Positions 25,050 to 38,495 of a stretch of DNA of 64,000 bases are shown here, piece after piece. Both the position numbers and the translations under genes were made by a program. Under the pieces are notes generated by a model, which was not told the DNA's origin, ran no database searches, and was given only the letters and a program-made list of their open reading frames with translations. Source of the DNA: Octopus sinensis (taxonomy: Eukaryota); assembly GCF_006345805.1 (NCBI RefSeq), contig NC_043006.1:25172001-25236000 (forward strand), in the 5' to 3' direction. Within the stretch, counting starts at the first letter, position 1, and the number at the start of each line of letters is the position of its first letter.

Positions 25050-26253
25050 TCAGGTCATTAAGAATGAAATGTCCAATTTTGAACTGAAATTTTATTTTAC
25101 TTTATCTCAACAAAAAGCTATGCAGTTAATCAAAGTATGCACCTAAATTATCAACACAATTTTGCCATTTTATTGGTAGTTTATTTATGCTGGCAGTGAA
25201 GAATTCTGGAGAGCAAGAGGTGATGAAATCATGAAAGGCTGTTTTTTCATCTTCAGATTTGAAGTTTTTCCCTTGCAAAAAGTTGTCTAATACCTGGAAA
25301 ACATGGTAGTCAGTTGGTGCAAGGTCTGGTGAATATGGTGGATGACAGAGTACTTCCAAGTTCAGTTCCTATAATTTGAATAGCTTTCTTTGTGCAACAT
25401 GTGGTTGAGCTTTGTCTTGCAAGAGAATTGGCCTGTCTCTATTGACCAATCTTGGTTGTTTAATTGCAAGTTCACTCATCATTTCACCCAAATGGTTGAT
25501 GTATACATCTGCTGTAATTGACTTACCAGGTCTCATAAAGTTGTAGTGAATGATACCAGTGCTGGACCACCAAACAGAGACCATTAGCTTTTTTTGGTGA
25601 ATATTCTTTATTGGATTGTGTTTTGGCATTGTTTCCATCTGACCACCATGTAGAACACTTGTTATTGTTGAAAGGAATCCATTTTCCATCACACATAACA
25701 ATATGATACAAAAATGATGACATGTCATTTGATGCTCGTTCAGTTCGTGTGGCACCTACCTGTCCAGCTTCTTTACCTTGATCCAATACAGCTGGAATTG
25801 AAACATCAAACCTTGCTGCTAACTCATGTGTAGTTTGAAATGTATTCGCTTCCACTACAGTTTCCAGTTCATCATTATCCACCTTGGACTCAGGTCTACC
25901 ACAGGGCTGATTTTCAAGAGTAAGGTCACCAGACCAGAACTTCTCAAACTATCAACATACAGTGTGCTCATTTGCCACATCTTCACCAAACACCTCATTG
26001 ATGTTTCGATTTGTCCAGAATGCATTGGTTCCATGACAGAACTCATATTCATAAACAATATGAATTTTTGATCTATCCATGGGATCATAAAAACTGATTT
26101 ACAAGGGAAAACTTACAATATAATCAGACACCATGAATTGCATTTTGAAAAGTGATGATGTAACTCTTCAACATTGTAAAACAAAGAATTGTCAGGATCG
26201 ACTGTCAAATGTGGTGCTTAAGAAAATTGGACATTTCATTCTTAAAGACCTGA
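25050..26253 (-). mobile_element. Inactivated mariner (DD34D)
   Basis: TIRs tcaggtcattaagaatgaaatgtccaatttt / aaaattggacatttcattcttaaagacctga; TA at 25048-49, right TSD imperfect. Broken transposase with PHEL, LMVSVWW, LLQDKA, HPPYSPDLAPTDYH and GAYFD*. Confidence 0.95.
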
Positions 26254-26267
26254 GGTATGTGTTTGTA

Positions 26268-26331
<64 letters not shown>

Positions 26332-26699
26332 ATTATGTATATATATATATATATATGTTTATATATATGTATATATGTGTGTATAAGGATATATTTATGT
26401 ATTTGTTTGTATATATGTATACACGTATAAAAAGAACACAAGTGGGGTTTAAAATTTATGACAGCTATTTTAGTAGAATTTTATTAATGTATTCGTAGAT
26501 TACATCATAACATATAATCCACCATCTTCAAGTAAAATCTTAAACAGGTATAAACAGATGAGATAAAATCTTGATAATGATGAATCTAAGCAACATATCA
26601 AACAAGTGGTATTTTTAAAAAATAACATTTGAATTTATAGAGAAATTAGGAATGTCTATAACAGGCACGTAAGGAAAAAGACAGGAAATAACTCTATTA

Positions 26700-26975
26700 A
26701 ATGAATCATTAAATACATGTGCGCCATCATCCATAAGGACACATTTCTCTCCTATGACATCACAATTTTCTCTCACACATTGTCTTGTAATCCAAAACAA
26801 CTTCAAATCTTTGGTCCTCACGTTACTTCTCCTTTGGCTAGATATACCTGTCTCCTAGCTTCCCATCTGGCTATCTGATACAGTTCCCTGCTACCCTCAC
26901 TCTTCTAGGCCTGTTTCTTTGCTCTAATGGCACTGTCTACAGCATCATTCCACCATCACATCACCCTAGGTGTGG
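26700..26975 (-). mobile_element. RTE ORF2 fragment
   Basis: RQCVRENCDVIGEKCVLMDDG is nearly the same peptide as in the 46944-47498 RTE ORF. Confidence 0.85.
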
Positions 26976-28904
26976 ATGGGACTTAGCACCAGCCACAGAT
27001 TTGGTCTGTGTCACTCAGCAAGCTGTCCCACAGGAATTCCCAGTAGCCCTCTATGTCACAAGTCTGTAGCTCCTCCTCCCTAATATATATAATTTAGTTG
27101 ATGTTCTCATGTCCATGTCCCTTTTGTGCTACTTCTGATACATTCATCATCTTTATCTGATGGTTTAGAGACCATCACATAAATATGATCAATGGATATA
27201 CACAACTTCAATCCAATTAATCACGAGTATAGATCAATGCAGGTGTGATTAAGTTCACTCCTCAGTCATATGATTCCAGATTCAATCATACTGTATAGCA
27301 CACTGGGCATGTGTCTTCCACTGAACTCTGAAGTAGCTTAGGAATTGAATTTGTGTGGAAGCCCATTGTATGTGTTTTGAGGATGGGTCAACAAAAATGA
27401 TGTCCACCAAATTGCAATGGCCTCCTTCTCAACTTTACCATCGGAAATAGAGTAATCAAACGACTGGCTCATTAGAAACCTATAATATACATATCACAAA
27501 TTAAATAGTGTTTAAAAAATGTCATTTTTTTTTTCACAGTCTGTTGATCATGTTGTTCTTCAAGCACCAGGCCTTAATTTTTAATTTTTTTTATGATTAA
27601 GAATGGATTTCTGGTGTAACAGTTTTACCAACTCAGAAGCATCCTTAACTCTTTTGATAACCAATTATTCTGAGATTCTCCCTGTCCCTTTGATGTAACA
27701 CTTTTTGTTTTAAAGTGTTCATATTCAAATTAAAATCTTCCTTCATAATTTTATTTCAGAACATGTTCTTAGAACATCAGCTTTAAAAAGAAATAAATGT
27801 GGAAGTCATTTTACTGAATGCAACTAAATTCTTAGTAATTTTATAAGAAATAGAGTAATGAAAGATTTAATACCTCATCTAAAATAATTTGTATTGATAT
27901 TTTGTTACATTAATTTCAGTGAATATCTTTGTTTCCATACATCAACGTACTCTGTGCCATTTTAACAGTTTCACTGTTCCATACTGAATTTCCTTCGTTT
28001 CTTTTACATTTTCATTTTTGCTGATTAGTTATTAATGTTTGCATCAATATATCATAATAATGCCTATTTTCCAGCTAAATGGTTTGAGGCAAGTGTAAGT
28101 TATGAGCATTACTCAATAATAAAATACAGTGTCTATTTAAATCACCTGAACTACTTTGATAAAAATGTTATATGTGTAGATTGTAGTTGTATAGCCTCAA
28201 GTCAACCTTGATCAAACAGACCTATAATAAAACTCATGTTCCAATAGTGACACTCTTGCCATTTTGTATATCCAACAGTACGTTATGTAATGTCCATCTT
28301 TCCTATTTTTAAAGACTGCAGGGTGAAATTTGGGACAGATTTAACTCATATTTCCTACAAGTTAGTTGACCATTAGAGTTCCTTAGTTAATTTGTATGTT
28401 TATCTTACATTTGTAGAAATGTATGAGGCAAAGTATTACTCAGATTATTTTTAAACTTCAAATAAATTCTTACAAAACAGCAGTAAAATATTGCTTACTT
28501 CATTGTGTTTCACTTGAAGCTGGTTTTGTGTATATTGCACACCCACACACATACATTCATACATATACATACACACACATTCATTGTTGTTAGAATCCTT
28601 GTATTCAAATAAGATATTAGTTTTAATGGATGTTCAGATCCAATACAAAGACTGATCAAGATGAGTAAGGACTTATTGAAGCTTTATGCTGGAGTAGATT
28701 ACTATCATTGAGCCAACATGGTTGCTTAATGTACTAGAAATAGTAGTCAAATCTCCCTCAAATTACACTTTACTCTCTTAAATAAGGAAAGGACACATTG
28801 GATAATGTAATTCTATATAATGGCTGGTCATGGTTGAAGTGTCTTTGATCATAGGTTTGCTCAGTTAGGACTGAAATTGGGTTAAACAGTACTACAAGCT
28901 AATA

Positions 28905-30096
28905 AAACTACCAGCTTGAGTGAAAAGTATTTGGGGTTTTTTTTTCAGTTTTCACTGATAACTTTTGGCAAGTGGTATCTTCCTGTTATATCATTAATTT
29001 GATGCAATTTGTTGTCCAGTTAGTGCATTTCCAAATCATTTATTCTTTACTTTCATATATATGTTGATTCTTTATTTTATAGCTTTGATAATGAGTGGTG
29101 AAAAAATTGCAATTAGGGCCATTTTACACTACCTATGGAAAAAAGGACTTTGTGCAAGGGCAGCCGGAAAAGAAATTAATGACATGGAATGCACAAAATT
29201 GGTTTAGACATTTCAAGGAAGGTGACACCAGCCTCAAAGACAAGCTAAACTCAGGGAGGGAGGCCTTCTGTTGTGGAAGATGAAGCCTGCTTGAAATGGT
29301 TGAACAACAACCAAGCTCAAGTGCTCATACATTGTCAGCAAGACATGGTCTTTCACAAAGCACCATCAATCCTCACCTCCATAAGCTCAGCCTTGTGAAC
29401 AGATGCTGTCAAGAAACTTCACATGAAGTGATGAATGGCCAGATTCAGTGACATGTGGACATTTGCAAACAACTGCTGAAAATCCCTGAGATGCCTATTT
29501 TCGGCATTGAATTGTAACTGGAAATGAAAAAGGAATCTATTTTCATAAGAGACATCAGTGGCTTCGTTCCAGCCAGGCTTCAAAACAGATTGTTGTGTTG
29601 TCTGTTTGGTGGAATTTTGAGGGGATATTGCCCTTTGAGCTTATCCCAGATGGTCATACTGTGAACACTAATCTTTATGCTCAACAACTGCAGTGAGTGT
29701 ATGATCCTTTGAAAGCCTGCTACTCAGGATTGGTCAAAGACATGACAGCACCAGCACATAATGCCAATGTGACTAAGCTCAAAGTTGAGGAACTTGAGGA
29801 GCTGGAAGTACTGCCACACCCTACCTACAGTCTAGATTGTGCACCATCAAATTACTACCTTTTCTGAACCATGGTTCCTTTCCTGCACAGACAGAGGTTC
29901 AACAATGGTTGAAAATGGGTGCGGGGAGTGTTTTGTTTCTAAATCAGCCAAATGGTATTATTGTGGAGTTGAGCATCTGGCACAAATATGGCGACAGACA
30001 GTGGAATACAAAGGGACATATTTTGATGAATAAATGCTTTTCCTGTGTAATTTGTTTGGACTGTTAATTAAAGCATGAACTAAAAAAAAATTCCAA
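28905..30096 (+). mobile_element. Heavily decayed mariner
   Basis: QNWFRHFKEGDTSLKDK..SGR helix-turn-helix region, VVLSVWWNFEGI and LPHPTYSLDCAPSNYYLF; only partial TIR remnants. Confidence 0.82.
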
Positions 30097-30475
30097 CTCT
30101 AATTCTTACAGTGATGACTTATACATGGTACTTATTTACATTTAAGAGGTATGGGTGATTGACAGTTATGGATATAAGGCAATGCCAGTGCCAATTTATG
30201 AAATCAAGATTCAATAGTGCACACTAACAAGGTATTATGGAAGAATAGCTATAAATCAAGCTTTATTGTAAAGGGATTGCATTTTCATCGAATGAATTTA
30301 ATAATATTATACTCATTAGGTATTTTTATGGCATAACAAGTATGATTTGATAAAAATATCAATATTATTCTTTTACTGCCAATCACCAGCCAATTAGATT
30401 CACTTCTGCCATATTTCTAACAATAACTTCTATTAATTCCCTCCAGGTTTTCTGTTACTTTTTACCCCTTTTACC

Positions 30476-30808
30476 AACTTGTTTTAGTAATTTGACTGTG
30501 ACCATGCTGGGGCACTGCCTTGAAATGTTTTAGTTGAACAAATCGACCCCAGAACTTATTTTGCTGAGCCTGGTTTCTATCAGTTTCTTTTGCTGAGCTG
30601 CTAAGTTACAGGGACATAAACACACCAACACTGGTGGAGGACAAAGATACACACACATATAAATAAATAAAAATATATATACACACACACAAAGACACTC
30701 ACAAGGCTTTGGCTAGCCCAAGGCTATAGTAGAAGACCAAGGTGCCATACAGTGGGACTGAACCCAGAATCATATGGTCGAGAAGTAATCTTCTTATTAC
30801 ACAACTAC
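30476..30808 (-). mobile_element. SINE family B
   Basis: Reverse-complement match to family B blocks. Confidence 0.8.
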
Positions 30809-31971
30809 ATATGCACCATGCTTGTTAACTGCATTTAGAGACCCATGAGATTTTAACTCAGAGTATGTAGTTTTCAATGAAAAATAACAGCTATCTTATC
30901 CAACCAAGCTAATAGGACAGCCTCTAGATGGCCAGATGTGATCATAGAAATAGGAACCGTCAAATAGTATTTCACTATCTGAAACAAAGAAAGTAATTGA
31001 ATAATGTAATAATCCTACATTCCCCTTAAAATACAGAATGATCATGGTTGGAAGGCCTTTTATCATAGTCTTGTTCAATCTAGATGAACTAAGAACAGCA
31101 ACAAAAATGAGTTATATTGAAATTGTATCATATTAAATGTATGTAAACCATCATACTAAATGTATATCTGTGTATCATACAAAATGTATATACACTATTG
31201 AAAGGCATAATGCTGTAGTTACATTAATATTTCCATAGTTATTACATATTCTTCTCCTTCCTGAAAACCAGTAATATCGATTATTTTACTAATTCTTCAT
31301 TAAAACAATATTGATCAGCTTTCTCAAAGTCTGTAGTGTGTGGGTGGATGCACTTGCGCATTACAGTTCATTACTTTAAATGAGTTATTGGGATAACAAA
31401 ATCATTTTCATGTAGCATCAAGAGCAGATCAGCACAGAGGCACTCATACCTCTTCAGGTTATTGACTTCGACATGAGTTATAGATGGAGTGGAATTTCTC
31501 AACCAAAGCTGAATATATTTGCAATTCCTTACACTTTTCAACAGTATTCTTGTTCTCCCTCTCTCTCTCTCTCTCTTTCTCTCTCTCCCTCTCTCTTTTT
31601 CTTGCTCTCTTTTTCTCATCATACATTTGAATTGTGCAAGGAAATAGAAAAATATTTGATATTGATTAATATGATTAAATTCCTTTCACTGGAGTCAATG
31701 TAGTCAACTTAATCCCTTTCCTGAAACTACTGGCCTTGTGCCAAATCAATATGATTAAGTTCCTTTGAAATGTTAGAATTATAGGTGCAAAGATTAGAGA
31801 ATTGCAATGTTCATAGTTTTTCTTTTCAGACATTTTCAGTTTTTATTGCTTATTTGTTTGTTCTGTTTAACATCTGTTTTTCCATGTTAACATGGAAATC
31901 CTACCTCCCTTAGGAATAAAATTGAGGCAGGATTTTGACAGCAGGATGTTCTTCTTCACACCAACTCTTAT

Positions 31972-32175
31972 CTGTTTTTCAAGGGAGGGACTTTTTATTT
32001 CAGAGGAATTTGAAGGTACAAAGCTAGTAGATTATTATTTGTTGACAGTAAATATTAACAAATGTCACCTGTTGCTATCCTGTTTTTCAAGGGAGGGACT
32101 TTTTATTCCAGAGGAATTTGAAGGTACAAAGCTAGTAGATTATTATTTGTTGACAGTAAATATTAACAAATGTCA
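31972..32175. repeat. Tandem direct duplication, 96-bp copies, period 108
   Basis: 31972-32067 and 32080-32175 differ at one visible base. Confidence 0.95.
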
Positions 32176-33255
32176 TCCAACTACAAACTATGATATCACT
32201 GTCAGCAGCTGAACAGCAAATGATGAATTCAACTATTAGTAGCTGTAATTCTGTGCAGTTTTGTAAATATTCATACACATGCATACACATGTAAATGTAT
32301 GAACGAACACACACACACACACACACACATGTGATGAGCTCCTTTCAGTTTATGCCAACCAAATTCCCTCAACATAGAGTTAAAGTAGAAGAGACACATG
32401 CCCATGATGCTACACAGTAGGATTGAACACACACTACAGACTTTTCCCTTTTTTTACATAAACGTGTATGGCAGGCATGTAGAATCAACTGAACCAATCT
32501 CAGATCAGGACATACTTATTTTATGGTCTCCAAATGGATTAATGTAATGTCAACCTCATCAGGATTTGAACTCAAAACATAGAGGGAGGAATTTAAAATT
32601 GAATACAATCAGTTTGTTACACAAGTTTCAGTACCACTTTCCATCAGCATTTAAAAATAATAATAATAATGAAAATGAAAATAATATTAATATTATGGTA
32701 ATATTATTGACAAGTAATGTTTGTTGCCACTTCAACATGGCTGTTCCATACTATTTTTTAATCCCCAGGAGAACACCTTCTCCATCTGGAACAATTGTTA
32801 TAAGAGAAAGTAAATTCTCTTCTTTGTTTATTTTAAAGATTTAGAGACTATCTTAATGTCCTAAGTAGCTTGTAATTTTTTCAACCCTTAAATGTCACTA
32901 AATTATATTAAAGATATTCTCTCAAACGAATTAGCATTGTTAGCATTATTAAAATTATATCTGAATGAATTATATATAGATATTAAGCATTGTGGAATCA
33001 ATGTAAAAAGAGATATGGCAACCATGGAAAAATATCTTTAAATTTTCCAAATCAGCTACTAAAACCAGCTTAGGTAAGAACTGGTTGTGGTAAACAACAT
33101 GATTATTTTGTTATATATTTTACACCTTGCATGGTTGTTTCTTGCATGTAATTTCTACTTTTGATCTACTTTTGATTTGAAATTCATTACTTTGGTATTG
33201 CATTTTCTAATTTTTTTAAAACTTCCTACTTGTAATTTCCTGAGACCATGAATTG

Positions 33256-33259
<4 letters not shown>

Positions 33260-33329
<70 letters not shown>
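33260..33329. repeat. (TA)n microsatellite
   Basis: Directly visible. Confidence 0.97.
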
Positions 33330-33330
<1 letters not shown>

Positions 33331-34687
33331 CATTTATGCAGATATTTATTTTGAAGAAAAATACATATATGATATTCAATGATATATCATTTTAAGAAAC
33401 AAACATATTCTGCATGCTTACACAGATTGTTAATTTAAAATGTTTCTTTATTTTTAAATTTTATCCAAGCTAATTGTGTTGTAATAAAATGCTTTTAATA
33501 TTCTAAATAAGTCTGGAAAACTATAGGTAAATTGAGCAACAATGAGGAATGCTTTCTTTTAACTTTGACAGATTTTTATTCTTTAAGATTTGCTTTCGAA
33601 CAAGGTCAGAATTTTTTTTTAATAACTGATTTATTTATATTTATTTACTAAATTGAAGATCAGTTTTTAAGTGGTGGAAGCACTGTGATTTGCATAATCT
33701 CCTAGTATTGCAGTACTTCAGTCTGAACAATCTTTCATCAAATTATTTGCTTAATGAACTGTTATAAAATTGGAAATTGGGATGTGTATACCTTTTCTAA
33801 GTTGCTCCAATAGGAAAATGAAGCTATGTTTTGGGGTCAGTTGATCCAAATCCCATAAATGCTTCATTTTAGTATTTGATATTTCAATAACTTACTGAAA
33901 TGACTCAGTAATGATTTTTAAGATGTATTAACATGATATATTTTTGCTATATTAATATACTCTAATTAATAAGATATTTTAATGACTCAAATATGAAGAA
34001 GTTTTAAGATCTGTTTGGAGTAACACAATTAATCTAATTAACTGACATTGAACTAATGGGTACAAATCCTATTATAAAAAGTTATATAACTTTTTATTAT
34101 AGGTTTTGTAACCATTTACAGAATTTTAATCAGATTTTTGATTATTGGGGTGAATTGGCTAAATGATTACAATATCAGACTATTTTCTAATGTCACAGGG
34201 CAGATGGTTTGTGTCTCTAGTAAGACATTTAAGTCCATTTAGTATTTAGAATAGAATAGTACCCTCTCCAGGTGAAGAAGTGTTCCTCATTTAATTAAGA
34301 AGAAAGAAATTCATGTTTGGTAGTGGTACCTTCTGAAAAAAATACATTTTACTTTATATTAGTCTGGAGATACTTAAATATTTTTACTAACCGCAAAACA
34401 ACTTTTATTGATAATAGATTCCAGACTTGTCTTTTTTATTCTCAGCATTAGTAATTGTTTGAATTTGGAAATTAATTCAAGCTTAAATTGTTGTGATGAA
34501 GCATCATTGCTCTAATTCTACAATAATGAATCAAATATTTTTCTCTTAATTGCTAATTTTTAATAACAGTTATATTGATGTAAAAAATACAAAAAATGCA
34601 AATTTATTTCGTTAAATGGTTTCACAAGTTAAGATTCTTAATATTTTGCAAAAATTTGTGCATTTTTTTTTTTTTTTATGATTCCAG

Positions 34688-34979
34688 GTTAGCCTCAGTC
34701 CAACAACACAACAGATGCTTGAGTCCAACACCTCTGAGTCAGAAGGCCCCAATAACAGCTTCGAGTCCATCGCTATTGCCTCAAACCCCGATGAAGGTAG
34801 TCAACAATGATAAGCCAGGATCTATACAAATAATTCTAAATTATCCAAAAGTTAGTTCTGGCCAACAACAACATGAGAATGAACAGAAACTATCCCACAG
34901 TACATCTCATAACAGTGCTGATACTTCTAGCGGTAGTAGTGGCAATAATGTGTACAGTTTGACTCACAATGATGATCAG
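34688..34979 (+). CDS. Penultimate coding exon of an unidentified Ser/Pro/Gln-rich protein
   Basis: Long poly-T tract then ttccag acceptor; cag|gtgagt donor. 292 nt, open in one frame (LASVQQHNRCLSPTP...LTHNDDQ), ending in phase 0 to match the next exon. Confidence 0.8.
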
Positions 34980-35199
34980 GTGAGTTACATTATATGATAT
35001 ATATTTAGTTTATCCCACTTATACACATTCTAGAATGTCCATAAATATCATATCTGCCACTTAAACATGGCATAAAATAGCAATGCAGTTTATCTTCTTG
35101 TAATGTTTAGCACACTGCTTCAATACTCAATGTATACCATTGATATAAGGACATGTGTCACTAAAATGTGCACTATTTCTGTATATTCCTAATTATCTA

Positions 35200-35645
35200 C
35201 AGCCCCAGCCCATTCAAAGTATCTTGGATTGCAGAACGACCTGCTGTGCTTGAGGAGACCTATTGAGTCAAGTACATGAACATTGAAATAAATATCAAAT
35301 GGAAATAGTAGTTGTGATACCTGTGCCGGTGGCATGTAAAAAGCACCATCCGAACGTGGCCAATGCCAGCGCCGCCTTGACTGGCTTCTGTGCCAGTGGC
35401 ACGTAAAAAGCACCAACCGATCATGGCCGCTGCCAGCCTCCCCTGGCACCTGTGCCAGTGGCATGTAAAAAGCACCCACTACACTCACGGAGTGGTTAGC
35501 ATTGGGAAGGGCATCCAGCTGTAGAAACACTGCCAGATCAGACTGGAGCCTGATGCAGCCTCCTGGCTTCCCAGACCCCGGTCGAACCGTCGAACCCGTG
35601 CTAGCACGGAAAACGGACGTTAAACGATGATGATGATGATGATGT
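35200..35645 (+). mobile_element. RTE 3' end with three internal units, in the last intron of the + gene
   Basis: tggcatgtaaaaagcacc-type box x3, ggaagggcatccagctgtagaaac, ending ggacgttaaac(gat)n. Confidence 0.87.
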
Positions 35646-36403
35646 AGATATAACTTCATCCAAGCATGACTTCTGTTTTATAAGATGCTCAGGTTCACTC
35701 TATTATACTATTTAGCACTCTCTGTTAGGTTGTCCTGCTCCAAACACCATCTATAGTTGTCCATGTTTGGAAATCCTTCTCTAACATACTCTATAATTAT
35801 CCACTTTATAATAAGCATTTTTACAAAATGCATTTGCATAAGTTAATCTCATTTCAGTTGGCTAGTAAATAACATAAAAAGTTAAATATATGAGATAGCT
35901 TAGATATGTTATAAGTTCACCAATATTTGACTTGTGATAACGCTAAATCATTTCAAAATGGGTAGCAGGGTTGTTACTCTTCAACTTGCCAAAATTATTT
36001 GGATAACCCCAATATCATTATTTTACAGAAAAACTAAATGTTTTAGGCATGTTTTATGTTATCATAAAACACAGAATTGTTTAGGAATTGTTTCACAGCT
36101 TTTGATAAATAAGATCTTTTTTTATTAATCAATATGAAGAGGAGAGCAACATCCATTGTGATTTATATATATTCAATTTGCTGAGTGCTTGATAGCTAGT
36201 TCCATGCTATCATTCTTCCTAAGTACAACTGACAGAAAATACTCAACAACATGACCTGACTAATGAGAGAACCACCAAATGTTCTAATAGTGATATTAAT
36301 AACATCCAAATTCCCCTCAAATCACACCTTACCATCTTAAAAAACAAATGAAGGGCACTTGGATAATGAAGGACACATTGGATATATCATCTGAAAATAA
36401 GAT

Positions 36404-36834
36404 AGGCGTAGGAGTGGCTGTGTGGTAAGTAGCTTGCTTATGAACTACATGGTTGCGGGTTCAATCTCACTGCGTGGTACCTTGGGCAAGAGTCTTCTAC
36501 AATAGCCTCGGGCCGACCAAAGCCTTGTGAGTGGATTCGGTAGACAGAAACTGAAAGAAGCCCGTTGTATGTATATATATATATGTGTGTATGTATATGT
36601 ATGTGTGTGTGTGTATTTGTGTGTCTGTGTTTGTCCCCCCCAACATCACTTGACAACCAATGCTGGTGTGTTTACGTCCCCGTAACTTAGCGGTTCAGCA
36701 AAAAGAGGCCGATAGAATAAGTACTAGGCTTACAAAAAAGAATAAGTCCTGGGGTCGATGTGCTTGACTAAAGGTGGTGCTTCAGCATGGCCGCAGTCAA
36801 ATGACTGAAACAATTAAAAGAGTAAAAGAGAGTA
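36404..36834 (+). mobile_element. SINE family B, intronic
   Basis: Near-consensus head aggcgtaggagtggctgtgtggtaagtagcttgc, internal (TA)/(TG) repeat, tail ending aaaagagtaaaagag. Confidence 0.9.
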
Positions 36835-37226
36835 ATGACTGAAATGCTTTAATCATATATGTTTATTCAGAGCTGACCTATGACTAAAGAATAACATGAC
36901 ATGACCATGAAGCAAGAGTGACATAACATAATGTTGCAAAACTGAGATTGAAGAATTTATTATTTGAGCTCAGATTCCATCTTTTATTTTTTTTATATCT
37001 AGATTTTTGAAGATATTTATTTATGATACATATATGACAGACTTGATTTCTATTTCCTTTATTTCCATAATAGTGATCCTTTACTAAGGTTGAATAAATT
37101 ATAGGTCACTGGAATGAGATTGCATGATATTCAATGCTTTTCTCAAGAGCATTTGCAGCATAGATCAATTTTGTAAACTTGAAATTCATTAATTATTGAA
37201 ATATCACTTTTTAATTTCTTTTCAAG

Positions 37227-38495
37227 ATTACTTCTAGATCTGGGGAATGTACATATTTACCAAGCACTACACCAAAACAAAATGTAGGCAGTGAAACACA
37301 AGAAAACCAAATGACTCCTTCCAAAATTGGGAACAATTTTCGTTCTTCGTCACAGACATCCTCCAACCAACTCCAAATCAATTCTGTTAAATCTGATTTC
37401 ACTGACTGTGTATCTGTTAATCCAACTACAGAGGTGTCTTGTATGAAACCAGTGTCAGCTCCAGAGAAAACTAGCAGGATGGCATTAATATCTGAGTCTA
37501 CTTCCCCAAACAAAGAATTGTTTTCAGGAAAATCAACAGAAAATTCAAAGGAATCTTCAGCAAATTTAATCAACAAAATACATTCAGCTCGTGCTGATTT
37601 CTTTAGTTCAATGCTAACTTCTGAAAACTCAGCAACTCTGAATAAAAATAATTCTTATAGTCCTACAACAAAAATGGATTACACAGTCCATTTCTCGTCT
37701 CCAAAACCAACATTCACCATTGCTAATTGCATTCAGTCCACTGCCAAAAATAGCCCCAAACCAATCATGTCAACAGCAACAGCAGTTGCTGAGTTGTGGC
37801 CTAAAGATCCTCCACCAATTTCAAAGAAACCTTCCCACTTGTGGAAAGTAAGACCTTCATCACATAATTATGATGGCACCAATGTTGCAGTTTGTTCTGG
37901 CTCATCTTCACATTCAGTTCTTAGTTTACCATATTTCAGTAATAGCTCCAAATCTTTACCAACATTACCCTCCAATAATAAAAGTGACTGTGAAACGAAA
38001 ATTGCGAAGAGAAGCCCACCACCACCACCCCCTCGTAAAAACAGCAAAAATTCATATGAAGTAAAACCAGCTCCTACTAGTAGCACCCCTCAAATAGTTC
38101 ACTACACTCTTACCCAGCATTGTAATCCTTCAATGAGCTCTTCCTTTTCTATAAATACACCTCTTCAACATGACAACAAACATCCCAAAAATAATACTAG
38201 AGACAATTCTCCATCAAAAGAAAGTGCTTGTAGCTCAGGAAGCTCAGCTTCCAGTGACTCACAGCACAGTGTTGTCAGAGTGCCTGTACTCACACAACAG
38301 AATGGTAATGGTTTCAATAAAAAAAATAAACCCAGCCCTCCCCAACGAAAAAGTAGTCAGTTGAGTCACTTGCCAGCCTCAACACATTCACCATCATTAA
38401 GCAAACCTGCTTGTTGGGAACAACCTGTATTCAATGGAGTCAAAGGTTTATCAATGAATACTAAGAGAGATTTACAAGAAACTGCAATAGACTAA
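37227..38495 (+). CDS. Terminal coding exon (422 aa + stop) of the same low-complexity, proline-motif-rich protein
   Basis: Acceptor taatttcttttcaag at 37226 extends the 394-aa ORF by 28 codons (ITSRSGECTYLP...). A 1269-nt stop-free frame in AT-rich DNA; motifs KRSPPPPPPRKNS and KPSPPQRKSS; ends LQETAID*. Confidence 0.88.
   Translation: MTSRSGECTYLPSTTPKQNVGSETQENQMTPSKIGNNFRSSSQTSSNQLQINSVKSDFTDCVSVNPTTEVSCMKPVSAPEKTSRMALISESTSPNKELFSGKSTENSKESSANLINKIHSARADFFSSMLTSENSATLNKNNSYSPTTKMDYTVHFSSPKPTFTIANCIQSTAKNSPKPIMSTATAVAELWPKDPPPISKKPSHLWKVRPSSHNYDGTNVAVCSGSSSHSVLSLPYFSNSSKSLPTLPSNNKSDCETKIAKRSPPPPPPRKNSKNSYEVKPAPTSSTPQIVHYTLTQHCNPSMSSSFSINTPLQHDNKHPKNNTRDNSPSKESACSSGSSASSDSQHSVVRVPVLTQQNGNGFNKKNKPSPPQRKSSQLSHLPASTHSPSLSKPACWEQPVFNGVKGLSMNTKRDLQETAID

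Noticed and set aside
27140-27180. ctgatggt...accatca as another hammerhead
   Set aside because: Simple hairpin with no CUGANGA/GAAA core or helix III.
34688-34810. Alternative frame VSLSPTTQQMLESNTSESEG...SQQ* in the + exon
   Set aside because: It stops mid-exon, whereas the other frame is open to the donor and matches the phase of the 37227 exon.
37211-37576. Antisense ORFs (121 aa here, 72 aa at 37868-38086) opposite the big exon
   Set aside because: Expected shadow ORFs of a coding exon; no independent signals.
38478-38495. C-terminal ETAID as a PDZ-binding motif
   Set aside because: Canonical PDZ ligands end in a hydrophobic residue; this ends in Asp.
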